Shown here: piece by piece, positions 30,722 through 39,243 of the stretch
Position numbering within the stretch: position 1 is the first letter of the stretch
Layout of the letters: each line of letters starts with the position of its first letter
Assembly (NCBI GenBank): GCA_044225505.1
Contig: JBGAIN010000037.1
Location: 1-53,553, forward strand
Reading direction: 5' to 3'
From: Limisphaerales bacterium
GTDB taxonomy: Bacteria; Verrucomicrobiota; Verrucomicrobiia; Limisphaerales; SIBE01
DNA length: 53,553 nucleotides
Translations under genes and position numbers: made by a program
The notes under the pieces: model-generated
Database searches by the model: none
Told to the model about the DNA's origin: nothing
The model's input: the letters and a program-made list of their open reading frames with translations, nothing else

Positions 30722-31711
30722 TTATCGCGGCCGGCGCACGGGGCTAAACCCGCGTCGGTCTTTGTCCCCGTCATCGCCGCTTTTTCCCCATCGTGAAAAC
30801 GGTTCAAAATCAATCCCGAACACAAAGAACACTTCCGACATCGGAGCGTCCGCGGTGAGTCCAAACAACGGCACCACTCCCAGGTGCGTGTTCCGCGTCG
30901 GCTTATACAAAATGACCGGCCCCATCATTATCGACGTGGCACTCGGGTCGCCCTCCTCGGTTTCATGCTCGACGAGTAGTTCTGCGCCCACGGACAGCCG
31001 TCGATCGAACGCCACGTAACTCAGCGCCGCGTTCAATTCGTAATCCGTCTCCCGGCCGCCTCCCACCTGCCGTTCATATCCTAGATTGGCGCCCAAATGC
31101 CAGCGCTGGCCAAACTCTTCCGCCAACAAAAGCCGAACCAGGAACGAATCGGATTCCCCTTCGCGAAATCTCCAACCCGCATCGATCGCCGGATTGAAGG
31201 GAATCTTCCCCCAATTCGCCAGGGCATGCGGGACCTCAACCCGGGTCGAGTCGTAGCTCCATCGGCCATCTTCCAAGCTATAGTTGGGTTCGACGTCGAT
31301 CTGCGTGCGCCAGGGCAATCCAAATTCAAGTTCGCTCTCAAACTCATGCTCCGGCGGGCCGTGGCGTCCGTGGGAAAGGACATAAAACTGGTTGAACTCG
31401 ATCTCGCCCGTCGGAATAACGTAGACATCTGTCTCGGCAAAGGCGCGCCGGGCCGTCCATTCAGGCTGCTGGGCCGGGCCAACGCGCTCGGATTCCGACC
31501 CCACGTCATGCAAGCTGAGCCGCTCTGCCGTCACGGTCACCGGCGCCAGTTTCGTGGCAGCTCCTTCGGGCGTCGTTTGCGCTTGGATCCAGCCTACGGG
31601 GTGCGCGATCAGGCAAGTGACCGCCAGGGCCATGGTTCGGAGCGAACGCTCCGGCCAAAGCGGCTGTTGCCAGCGGCCGGAACAGAGTCTGGAGAAGGTT
31701 CGGTGCATCAT
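30722..31711 (-). CDS. Putative outer-membrane beta-barrel protein
   Basis: Signal peptide; amphipathic strands with aromatic residues (ELEFGLPWRTQID, WHLGANLGYE, EVFFVFGIDF). Confidence 0.6.
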   Translation of the reverse strand: MMHRTFSRLCSGRWQQPLWPERSLRTMALAVTCLIAHPVGWIQAQTTPEGAATKLAPVTVTAERLSLHDVGSESERVGPAQQPEWTARRAFAETDVYVIPTGEIEFNQFYVLSHGRHGPPEHEFESELEFGLPWRTQIDVEPNYSLEDGRWSYDSTRVEVPHALANWGKIPFNPAIDAGWRFREGESDSFLVRLLLAEEFGQRWHLGANLGYERQVGGGRETDYELNAALSYVAFDRRLSVGAELLVEHETEEGDPSATSIMMGPVILYKPTRNTHLGVVPLFGLTADAPMSEVFFVFGIDFEPFSRWGKSGDDGDKDRRGFSPVRRPR

Positions 31712-31775
31712 TGGCGGCGACGCTATTCAGACACTCTGGAAAGGTCAAGCGTCCCTGCGGCCCGCCTGAAGAATC

Positions 31776-32256
31776 GGGCGTAACTTGACAGTACCCCCAC
31801 GATCGCGGGATTTATCCTAATGCCATTCGGTAATTGCCTCCTGGCGCCCCGGATGGGGCAACTCGAGAATAGCTCGGCGTTTTAACGCCGAGGTTGAATG
31901 GGCGCGATTCCAAGTCCCGACGGGACGGCCGAGGACGTGGCATTGAACGGAAGAACCGGAGATTAAGCGGATCACAAGGTCGTAGAACCCAAACGCCCTT
32001 TCTCGCCGCACTCAGCCGCCCCTCCGGGGCTTGGGCCCTCTCACTTGAGCACCCGGCGCTAAAGCGACCGGGCTTCTCTCATTCTGTCCCTTCCGGGACT
32101 GAATAGAATTACCGAATGGCATTAGGATAAATCCCGCAGGAATGTCCGCAGGCACGACAGCGATCGCGAAGGATTCGAGCGCTGCTGGCCGCATCGGACG
32201 GTCCGGCGGACTCAAGTCCGCGCGCCAACAAAGGGTGGTCCTGTCGAGATGCACCC
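31776..32256 (+). mobile_element. Outer miniature element copy 1 (164 bp plus nested insert) with 9-bp target duplication
   Basis: Imperfect TIRs GGGCGTAACTTGACAG / CTGTCGAGATGCACCC; TGAAGAATC on both sides (31767-31775, 32257-32265); homologous copy at 47667-48147. Confidence 0.8.
31818..32124 (+). mobile_element. Inner 307-bp MITE copy 1
   Basis: Perfect 18-bp TIR TAATGCCATTCGGTAATT; flanked by GGATTTATCC and GGATAAATCC; 3 differences seen versus copy 2. Confidence 0.88.
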
Positions 32257-32427
32257 TGAAGAATCGGGGCGCGGCTGTATCCGCAGCATCAGCCGCAGTG
32301 TTCCCGCACCTCCTCAACTCCGCACTCTCACCGCTTCAACGTGAAACGCACCGGCACTTCAATCAACGATTCCACCCCTTTAGAATCAACCCGCGCCGGC
32401 TCAAACTCCCAACGCACCGCGCCAGTA

Positions 32428-34860
32428 TCAACGCGCTCCGTCGCGGATCCATGCGCGAATCGTGCCCACTTCCGCCTGCGTCAAGGCGGGGAATTTGTTG
32501 CGCTTGGATAACGGGGGCATTTCCAGATCTTCCAATGTATCGGTCACATACCGGAGGAGCGGACTGCGGTCCGGTTGTCCAGGAACCACGGCCGGTTCCC
32601 CGCTTTGCCCGCCCTTGACCAGGCTGGCGACGCTATCCACTTTGAACCCGCCCTTTGGATTCTCGCCCCCATGGCACCCGCGGCATGACCGTTCAAAGAT
32701 CGGCGCGATCTCGCGGCTGAACGGAGTCTCCGCCGCAACCGCAGGCTTCGCCGCGTCCGGATCATCCTTCCCAGCTGGGGCAGTCGCGGCGGCGGGCGGT
32801 GGGTATTTGGCCAGGAGCGTCTGAATCGGCCCGGGATCCGCCAGCGTCGCCGCCGGTTCGATCTCGTTCAACAACGCCACACTTGCCATGGCCGTGGCGC
32901 CGGCGGAAATCCACTGATCTTTCCCATGGGGATATTGGCTGTCGAAATGCGGCTGCAACGGCCAGGTCCGACTTTGCACCCACCAGGAACCGTCGGAGAA
33001 CTGGGTGCGCAAGAGATAATCGGTCCCTCGGCGATACTGGGAGTCGCTCGCGGCTAGCCGTCCCGTCTCGTGCAGGACGAACAACGTGAACGACGTGGCC
33101 CAGGCATCACTCGGCAGCGTGGGCAGGGGAGCCCACCCTCCATCCGCGCGTTGCGCAGCCAGAACCGCATCGGCCACCGCCGCGATCTCGGACGGCTTCG
33201 CTCCCGCCCACTTCAGCCCGAGCAAGCGATAGAGCGTTAGGTTCGGATCGATCGGATTCTGCTTCGTCAACCATTGTCGGGCGCGCGCGATCACTCCGTC
33301 GACGTCGACGCTCGGGAGCGGTTGTGGATAAGCGCGCAGCGCGCCGATCGCCAACGCCACTCCCACGGTCTGCCCCTCTTCCATCGGCGGCCGGCGATCG
33401 TATCCGGGAAACGAACCATCCTCGAGTTGCGAATTGGCGATGTAATAAACCATGGCCTCGGTGAGGGCGTCGGGCGCGTAGCCCAGGGCCTTTAACCCGA
33501 GCAATCCATAGCCGAGATTGGCCGGTGAATCGGGTTGCGGCTCGAACATTTCATACGCGGCATCGAGGCCTTTCGACCAGGCGGTTTGCTGGGCGTGGAG
33601 TTGCCTGGCCAGCGCGGCTTCGTCCACGGGAATCCCGCGCGTCCGGGCGCGGCCGATCGCCCAGGCGGGCAGCGTTTGATGATGACACGAGACACAGCCC
33701 GATTGCTTCACAAAACCATTGGCCAAAAACACGTCCGAAGAACGCTGCAGCCCCTGGATCGCGCGTCGGACGGATTCCCGCACCGCCGCTTCCCGTTCTT
33801 GCGCCTGGCTGGGGATCTCGTTTTGCGGCACGACCTTCTTCCGGGCCACCCCCGCGCTATTCGTCGCGCCATGCGCGCGCAGAAAAGCGACAAGCGGCGT
33901 CTCCCCGCGCTTCACCGCCCAATCGAGCGCGGTATGGCCCGCGCCCGTGGGGGTATTGATGTCCAACCCTTTTTCCAACATCAGCTTGGCCACCGCGGGA
34001 TCGCCCGTCTCGGAATAGGCCGACCAAACCATAGGCGGCGTCCGTTCTCCGATCGAGGTGGTCTGCTGCAAGTCCAGGCCACGGTCCAGGACCAGTCGCG
34101 CCAGGCGCGTGTGCCCGCCATACATAATGTTGTTAAAAGCGTGCCCCACAAATCCATCGTCGAAATTGACACTCCCGCCTCGCCGGACCAATTCCTCCAA
34201 CAGTTCCGCCCGCCCGGCCAAGGCTGCCGACGCCACCGGGGTGGCTCCTTTGGCGCCGCTGGGATCCGCTCCGAGCTTGAGCAACAGCTCGGCGGAACGC
34301 TCCGCGCCGTAATAAGTGGCCAGGGAAAGCGGCGTGATCACGCCAAAACTCGGGTCGGCCATCGGCACGTTCACCCCCGCGGGAAAGAGCGACCGCGGCT
34401 GTTTCCAATCTGCGCCCCCCTCGATCATTTGCTGCACGACGGGCAGCCCGCCGGGACGCACCACCGCGGCGTGGAATGGCGTGGCGCCGGCCAGCGAACG
34501 CGCATTCGGCTTGGCCCCCGCGCGCAACAAGAGGCGAATCACTTCAGAATTGCCCGTTCCATAGTGCAACGGCGTGGCGCCGGCGGCGTTGGTCGCTCCG
34601 GGATCCGAGCCGCTCGCCAAAAGCTTCGTCACGAGCTCCGCGTCGTTCGCCAGGGCGGCCCAATGCAGCGCGGTATTGCCCCGTTCATCGCGCCGCCGCA
34701 TTTCGCCGCCATCGCTCAACAGCTCCGCGACCCGCGTTTTGTTTCCCGACCGGATCGCTTGAATGAGCGGCTGCGCTGGGTCTCCGCGCAGCGGCGTCGA
34801 CAGGATCAAGAGCGCGAGCGATGCGGTGGCCGAAGCCCTCCACCGAAGAATACGTTTCAT
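32428..34860 (-). CDS. Ankyrin-repeat + prenyltransferase/squalene-cyclase-like barrel + Planctomycete cytochrome c fusion protein
   Basis: Signal peptide; GNTALHWAA, GATPLHY, GHTALDWA ankyrins; CVSCHH; QLEDGSF, QRADGGW, QFSDGSW QW repeats; C-terminal FSREIAPIFERSCRGCHG...MPP...WIRDGA. Confidence 0.82.
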   Translation of the reverse strand: MKRILRWRASATASLALLILSTPLRGDPAQPLIQAIRSGNKTRVAELLSDGGEMRRRDERGNTALHWAALANDAELVTKLLASGSDPGATNAAGATPLHYGTGNSEVIRLLLRAGAKPNARSLAGATPFHAAVVRPGGLPVVQQMIEGGADWKQPRSLFPAGVNVPMADPSFGVITPLSLATYYGAERSAELLLKLGADPSGAKGATPVASAALAGRAELLEELVRRGGSVNFDDGFVGHAFNNIMYGGHTRLARLVLDRGLDLQQTTSIGERTPPMVWSAYSETGDPAVAKLMLEKGLDINTPTGAGHTALDWAVKRGETPLVAFLRAHGATNSAGVARKKVVPQNEIPSQAQEREAAVRESVRRAIQGLQRSSDVFLANGFVKQSGCVSCHHQTLPAWAIGRARTRGIPVDEAALARQLHAQQTAWSKGLDAAYEMFEPQPDSPANLGYGLLGLKALGYAPDALTEAMVYYIANSQLEDGSFPGYDRRPPMEEGQTVGVALAIGALRAYPQPLPSVDVDGVIARARQWLTKQNPIDPNLTLYRLLGLKWAGAKPSEIAAVADAVLAAQRADGGWAPLPTLPSDAWATSFTLFVLHETGRLAASDSQYRRGTDYLLRTQFSDGSWWVQSRTWPLQPHFDSQYPHGKDQWISAGATAMASVALLNEIEPAATLADPGPIQTLLAKYPPPAAATAPAGKDDPDAAKPAVAAETPFSREIAPIFERSCRGCHGGENPKGGFKVDSVASLVKGGQSGEPAVVPGQPDRSPLLRYVTDTLEDLEMPPLSKRNKFPALTQAEVGTIRAWIRDGAR

Positions 34861-35039
34861 AATGGCAGCCATGCGGAATGAACCAACCTGGCATCGTGAC
34901 CACCGACGGTCCGTCAACGCGATGCCTTGGGAAAATCTGGTGAGCCGAGGCTGCTCTTAACCAGCGGCTTTGCGCAAGTCGATTTTCGTCCCCGTTGGCT
35001 TGGCCACGGGAATTGCCCGAAGTATGGAAGAAGAGGACT

Positions 35040-35258
35040 TCAATTTCCGCTTTCCGCTTTCGGTTTTCTGCTTTTCTTAGCCCCGCGTCCGAGAAGCCCA
35101 AGGCCAATCGCGCCCCAGACCAGCCCAAGCAGCATGGCTATCGGCCAAATCAACATCGGGTGCGTCGATTGGGAATAGGTAAAACCTGCGCCCAGCGCCA
35201 GGGTCAAAGCCATCGCCGCCAGCACGATCCACTGTCGTTTCTGTGATTTTTGCATCAT
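35040..35258 (-). CDS. Small two-TM membrane protein
   Basis: 72 aa with two hydrophobic segments; the 3' end runs into TTTCCGC-type repeats. Confidence 0.55.
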   Translation of the reverse strand: MMQKSQKRQWIVLAAMALTLALGAGFTYSQSTHPMLIWPIAMLLGLVWGAIGLGLLGRGAKKSRKPKAESGN

Positions 35259-35351
35259 GATAGACGAGGCGGAAATGAAGGCCCAAATTCGCGGGAAATC
35301 CGCCTCATTACTTCAGCGGCTACGAATAACCGGATGTTTTCAAAACGCTCC

Positions 35352-36152
35352 TTAGCGTCCCGAGTCGGGCGCTTCGACTGTCGCTGACCTGGGGTGCAAC
35401 GAAAGACCGCTGTCAAACAGGGGAGTGTCGTTCGGCTTTCCGATCTCCAAGGCCTTCGGCGCCGCGCGCGACGAGTCAAACAACTCCGGATAAAACGGAC
35501 CCGCGATTCCCGGATCAATCCGGTGCAACGATTCCCGAGCCACCGCTCGGACGAGCGGATCCTCGTCTTCCTTGACCAGGCGCTGCAGTTCGGGAATGGC
35601 TGGCCGGCCTGCGCCACCCAACAGCCCAAGCGCATACGCGGCGTTCACGCGTTTATGGATCGGGTGCATCGGTTTGCCAATCCAGCGTTGCACCCGTCCA
35701 GGGAGGCGCGGCCACACCCACTGACATAGCCAAGCGCTCCCCTTCGATTCGCGGCTGCGCAGATCCGCCATTGCGCGCGGCAGCACGACCGCTCCCATTT
35801 TCCCGATCGCTTGGTTCGCGGGATCTTCGTCCGGCTTACTGGCTTGGGAGAAATCGATCTGATCCGGCCAGTTGGGGAAGAATCGGCTCGCCATCATGTT
35901 GCTGGGGACGGTTTTGACTTTCGAACTGATTTTCAGCGCGGCCAGTTCTTCGTCCGACAGGTTCGGGAGCATCACGGTGTAGGTCCCATCCGGCTGGGCG
36001 AGCACTTTCACCCCCACCTTCAAGGCGCGCAGCCAATGGCTCACCGATCTCCCTTCCCACCGCGGCTCGCGCCACGGCCCGACCAGCGCCAGCGTCAGCA
36101 CGAGCGCCGCGGCCGCCGCGATCCCGATGACTCTGCCCGGTCTGCGAATCAT
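35352..36152 (-). CDS. Membrane-anchored HEAT-repeat protein
   Basis: N-terminal TM, EPRWEGRSVSHWL, RVNAAYALGLLG..AIPEL..VRAVARESL. Confidence 0.7.
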   Translation of the reverse strand: MIRRPGRVIGIAAAAALVLTLALVGPWREPRWEGRSVSHWLRALKVGVKVLAQPDGTYTVMLPNLSDEELAALKISSKVKTVPSNMMASRFFPNWPDQIDFSQASKPDEDPANQAIGKMGAVVLPRAMADLRSRESKGSAWLCQWVWPRLPGRVQRWIGKPMHPIHKRVNAAYALGLLGGAGRPAIPELQRLVKEDEDPLVRAVARESLHRIDPGIAGPFYPELFDSSRAAPKALEIGKPNDTPLFDSGLSLHPRSATVEAPDSGR

Positions 36153-36181
36153 AGCGGATCAACGCATCGGGTGGTTGGAAC

Positions 36182-36847
36182 TCATAGCGCGCAAGTCCGG
36201 TCCGTCTGGATCAACTCGGTCAACGCGATCTGATCGAGCCGCTCAAAGAGGGCGTCCGAGCCGTTCTCCTCGGCAAACCGCAACTCCGCTTCGAACAGCG
36301 GAACAAAGGCGAAAAAGAAAACCTCTTTCCCCTCGCGCACCTGGACGCTCCACGCCCCCTTGGGACACAACACTGGAATCGACAGGATCCCGCCACAGTA
36401 AGGAACCGTCTCGTGGAATGGCCGAGGCGGGTTGCTATTCCAGACCGTGTGGCCATACCAAATGGGAGTGTTGGAGAGGTGTGGAAAACGCGCGGCCTCC
36501 TTGAGCTGACGGAAGGGCCACCAGAATCTTTCGTCTTTCAACGCGTCCTGGCCCATCGGCCAGTCAGGCGGCAATGCCAGGAGCAGTTCGCAGTAGTAAC
36601 TTTTGGCATTGTCGAGCGTTATCGGGCGATGGCTCATCCCGGTGGTAAGCACGACGTGATACGGTTGTCCGACGCGGGCTGGAACAACGTGCAGATCAAT
36701 GGGCACAACCTCCGACGCGCCCTCATGAAACCCTTCGCGCACCTCTCCCCACCAACGGGCGCTATGCTCGCCCAAAACCTCCAGGTCGCGCGCGGATTCG
36801 CCATCCAGCTCAGGGTCTCCCGGTCGATTCTCGTCGTGGCCTGCCAT
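36182..36847 (-). CDS. Suppressor-of-fused (SUFU) domain protein
   Basis: IDLHVVP, LTTGMS, ELLLALPPDWP, WYGHT, VPLFEAEL. Confidence 0.85.
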   Translation of the reverse strand: MAGHDENRPGDPELDGESARDLEVLGEHSARWWGEVREGFHEGASEVVPIDLHVVPARVGQPYHVVLTTGMSHRPITLDNAKSYYCELLLALPPDWPMGQDALKDERFWWPFRQLKEAARFPHLSNTPIWYGHTVWNSNPPRPFHETVPYCGGILSIPVLCPKGAWSVQVREGKEVFFFAFVPLFEAELRFAEENGSDALFERLDQIALTELIQTDRTCAL

Positions 36848-37033
36848 GGTTTACCCCAAGCACGAAAGAACCCAAGTCAGGGCCGGGAAATGCCCACCAC
36901 GGACTTCGCCAAGTCCTGGAGTTTCCATGGTGCTATCCAACCAGAAGCTGGAATGCGGGTCAAAGCCATTCCCACGGTGACGGGCGACAGCTCATCCCGT
37001 TCTCGGATCTCTCGCGCGAAGCTTTGATCGAGT

Positions 37034-37186
37034 GCGGTGAAAAGGCGCGGGCGCACTCCGAGACCGTGCGGGGCAAGGGCTAAGCCACTCTGCTTCGCCA
37101 GATTTTGGAGTGCGGCGGCCCTCCGCCGCCTTTCCGCAAAGCGGCCACCCAGACGGAGTTTTCGCAACAGCTTTTCGACACGCCCG
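37034..37186. repeat. Degenerate REP-like palindromic cluster
   Basis: CGCACTCCGAGAC ... TTTTGGAGTGCG inverted pair followed by GCGGCGGCCCTCCGCCGC; ends TTCGACACGCCC, similar to the outer MITE end. Confidence 0.45.
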
Positions 37187-37354
37187 AGATGACTCCTGCT
37201 TTTTCCGCTTTCGCTCTCGCGCGAAAACGCTCCGGCTGTCGTGAGCGCCCGCATCGCGCCCTCGCATCTCTTCGTTAGCTCCCTTGCCTTCTGGAAAAAA
37301 CGCTCTCCTCCCCATGGGCTCACATCGCCACCCCCCTTCGTTAGCTTCGTTGCC

Positions 37355-38257
37355 TTATGTGAAAACTTTCCCCGCGGTGGCATCACGGCATGGCGTTGTC
37401 TCCTCCGTTCGCTCCTGTGAAAGCGCTGCCCGCGACCGTTCAGAGGCGACGTGCCGCCCCCAGATCCGCAGCAGCTGCCACCCATCCCGCCAACGCCGGA
37501 TGTTCGTCCGACCATACCGCCGCCGCCGATACCGCACCGGCACTTCCACAATCTTCAATCCCAATCGCCCCGCCCCGAACAACAACTCAAAATCCCCAAA
37601 CGGATCGTCCGCCGCCGCCCGGGCCGCCCCGATCGACCGGGCCTGCTCCATGGCTATGTAATCCGCTTTGAAGAAGACTTTGGTCCCGCACAACGCGTCC
37701 GTGATCCGTTGTCCGAGCCACCCACTGAACCCCGCCGCAAACGCCCGGTTCACCCATCGATTCAGGAGCGGCATCGCGTCCGGTTCCATCGGATAGATCA
37801 TCCGCGTCCCGTTCCCAAACCGGCCCTGTCCACCGCAAATCGCTTCGTAAAACAACGGCAACTCTCCCGGATCCACCGTCGCGTCCGCATCCAGGATGAA
37901 AATCAACTCGCCCGCCGCCGCCGCAATCCCTTCCCGCACCGCTCCAGCTTTCCCTTGACCCCGCTGCTTCAACACCGTCAACGATCGCGTCCCGGGCTCG
38001 CTGGCCAACTCCCTCAATACTGCCCACGTCCCGTCTCGGCTTCCTCCCTCTACCGCGATCACTTCCGTCCCCAGCCCCATCTCTGGCACCAATTGCACCA
38101 ATTGACGAATCGTGCCTGCTTCGTTGCGTGCGGGAATTATTATTGAGCAGGAGTGATCTTTGTGCAGCTTCTGACCAGATGTGGATAAGAGAAACCGCGT
38201 TGGAGTCAACGTGCCGGCAAGACGCTCGACTGTAGAACCGGTATAATGGAGTGACAT
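37355..38257 (-). CDS. GT2 glycosyltransferase (polyprenyl-phosphate sugar synthase-like)
   Basis: CSIIIPARNEAGTI, VEGGSRDGT, GKAGAV, ILDAD, TDALCGTK, DFELLFGA, EVPVRY. Confidence 0.88.
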   Translation of the reverse strand: MSLHYTGSTVERLAGTLTPTRFLLSTSGQKLHKDHSCSIIIPARNEAGTIRQLVQLVPEMGLGTEVIAVEGGSRDGTWAVLRELASEPGTRSLTVLKQRGQGKAGAVREGIAAAAGELIFILDADATVDPGELPLFYEAICGGQGRFGNGTRMIYPMEPDAMPLLNRWVNRAFAAGFSGWLGQRITDALCGTKVFFKADYIAMEQARSIGAARAAADDPFGDFELLFGAGRLGLKIVEVPVRYRRRRYGRTNIRRWRDGWQLLRIWGRHVASERSRAALSQERTEETTPCRDATAGKVFT

Positions 38258-38712
38258 GTTCGTAGTGGGTTTCGGTTAGTAAGAGTGCACTATCGTCCTT
38301 CAGTATATATTGGATGGAAAACCCAAGAACGTTTCATAAAATATTCACAGTAGTAAGCTAAAGGCAAAAAGCTTGGTTTGGGGACCTGTGTATCGAACCC
38401 ATTATCCACATTGCCTTAGAGTGTTCACCTGTTGGTAGGAAAATGCCGAACTTAGCAAAAACGATTACCTGTAGCTTATCGATGCACCCATTCAAGCGAT
38501 TACTAAACTTAGGAAAGTAAGTTTTGGCCATTTTCTGTCAAGGGCAGTTCAATAAGTGGCCGATTTCGGAAGCAGGACTCCACTGTCTCTGACAAAAATG
38601 TATGACATGAACAAATCTAAGACATTAGCTGTGGATATAGTTGTGCAAAAGTGAAAATATTTAGAAATGTTTTAGCAATTTACCGCCAATTATTGGTAGA
38701 GACTCGGATTGT

Positions 38713-39243
38713 ATGTCGGAATCGATGTCAAATAACGAGGATGCGGTGCGTTTCATTTGTGAAAAGCGAACCATGTTAATGGGATACCTAAAGGCGTTGC
38801 TGCGTGACTATATCCTGGCGGAAGATGCGTTCGCCGAGCTCAGCCTCGAGATTCTAAACGCTTGGGACAAATGTGACCATTCTCGCAATACTGGTGCGTG
38901 GGCTCGTGGCATTGCGAAACATGTTGCGTCACGGATCCGACGCCAGACGAGGCGTCATGACTATAAGGTCATTGATTATGATCTCCTCGAACATTTAGCG
39001 CAAGCTGTCGAGAATGAGGGAACCGGGGATATTCTTGAGCTGCGAAAAGATGCCTTGGAATGTTGTTTAAGAGAGCTCCCTAATTGCCAGCGTGAATTGG
39101 TAACCTCGCGCTATTATTCAGGTTGGCCCTATTCCGACGTTGCGAGGATGGTGGGGCGGGATGTGGCGGCGGTGAGGGTGATCCTGTTTCGGTTGCGTCA
39201 GATTCTGAAGGAGTGCATCGAAAAGCGATTGGAGGGGATGTGA
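38713..39243 (+). CDS. ECF sigma-70 factor (PVC type)
   Basis: AEDAFAE, AWARGIA, ALECCLRELP..QRELV..RY, VRVILFRLRQILKECIEKRL. Confidence 0.88.
   Translation: MSESMSNNEDAVRFICEKRTMLMGYLKALLRDYILAEDAFAELSLEILNAWDKCDHSRNTGAWARGIAKHVASRIRRQTRRHDYKVIDYDLLEHLAQAVENEGTGDILELRKDALECCLRELPNCQRELVTSRYYSGWPYSDVARMVGRDVAAVRVILFRLRQILKECIEKRLEGM

Noticed and set aside
31817..32011. Identical 64-aa ORFs (also 47798-47992)
   Set aside because: They lie inside the repeated MITE and have no transposase motifs; the identity reflects the repeat
32428..34860. Squalene-hopene cyclase
   Set aside because: No DXDD motif, only one barrel, and the protein is exported
33535..34881. Long antisense ORFs (also 1550-2575, 26963-28087, 39402-40475, 41385-42347, 42972-43910)
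   Set aside because: Shadow frames of well-supported genes in GC-rich DNA, with no motifs of their own
35040..36847. Polymorphic toxin-immunity locus around the SUFU gene
   Set aside because: No toxin, Rhs or secretion gene is adjacent
36877..37551. 224-aa minus-strand ORF
   Set aside because: Overlaps the GT2 3' end and runs through REP-like and 9-bp repeats; composition is not protein-like
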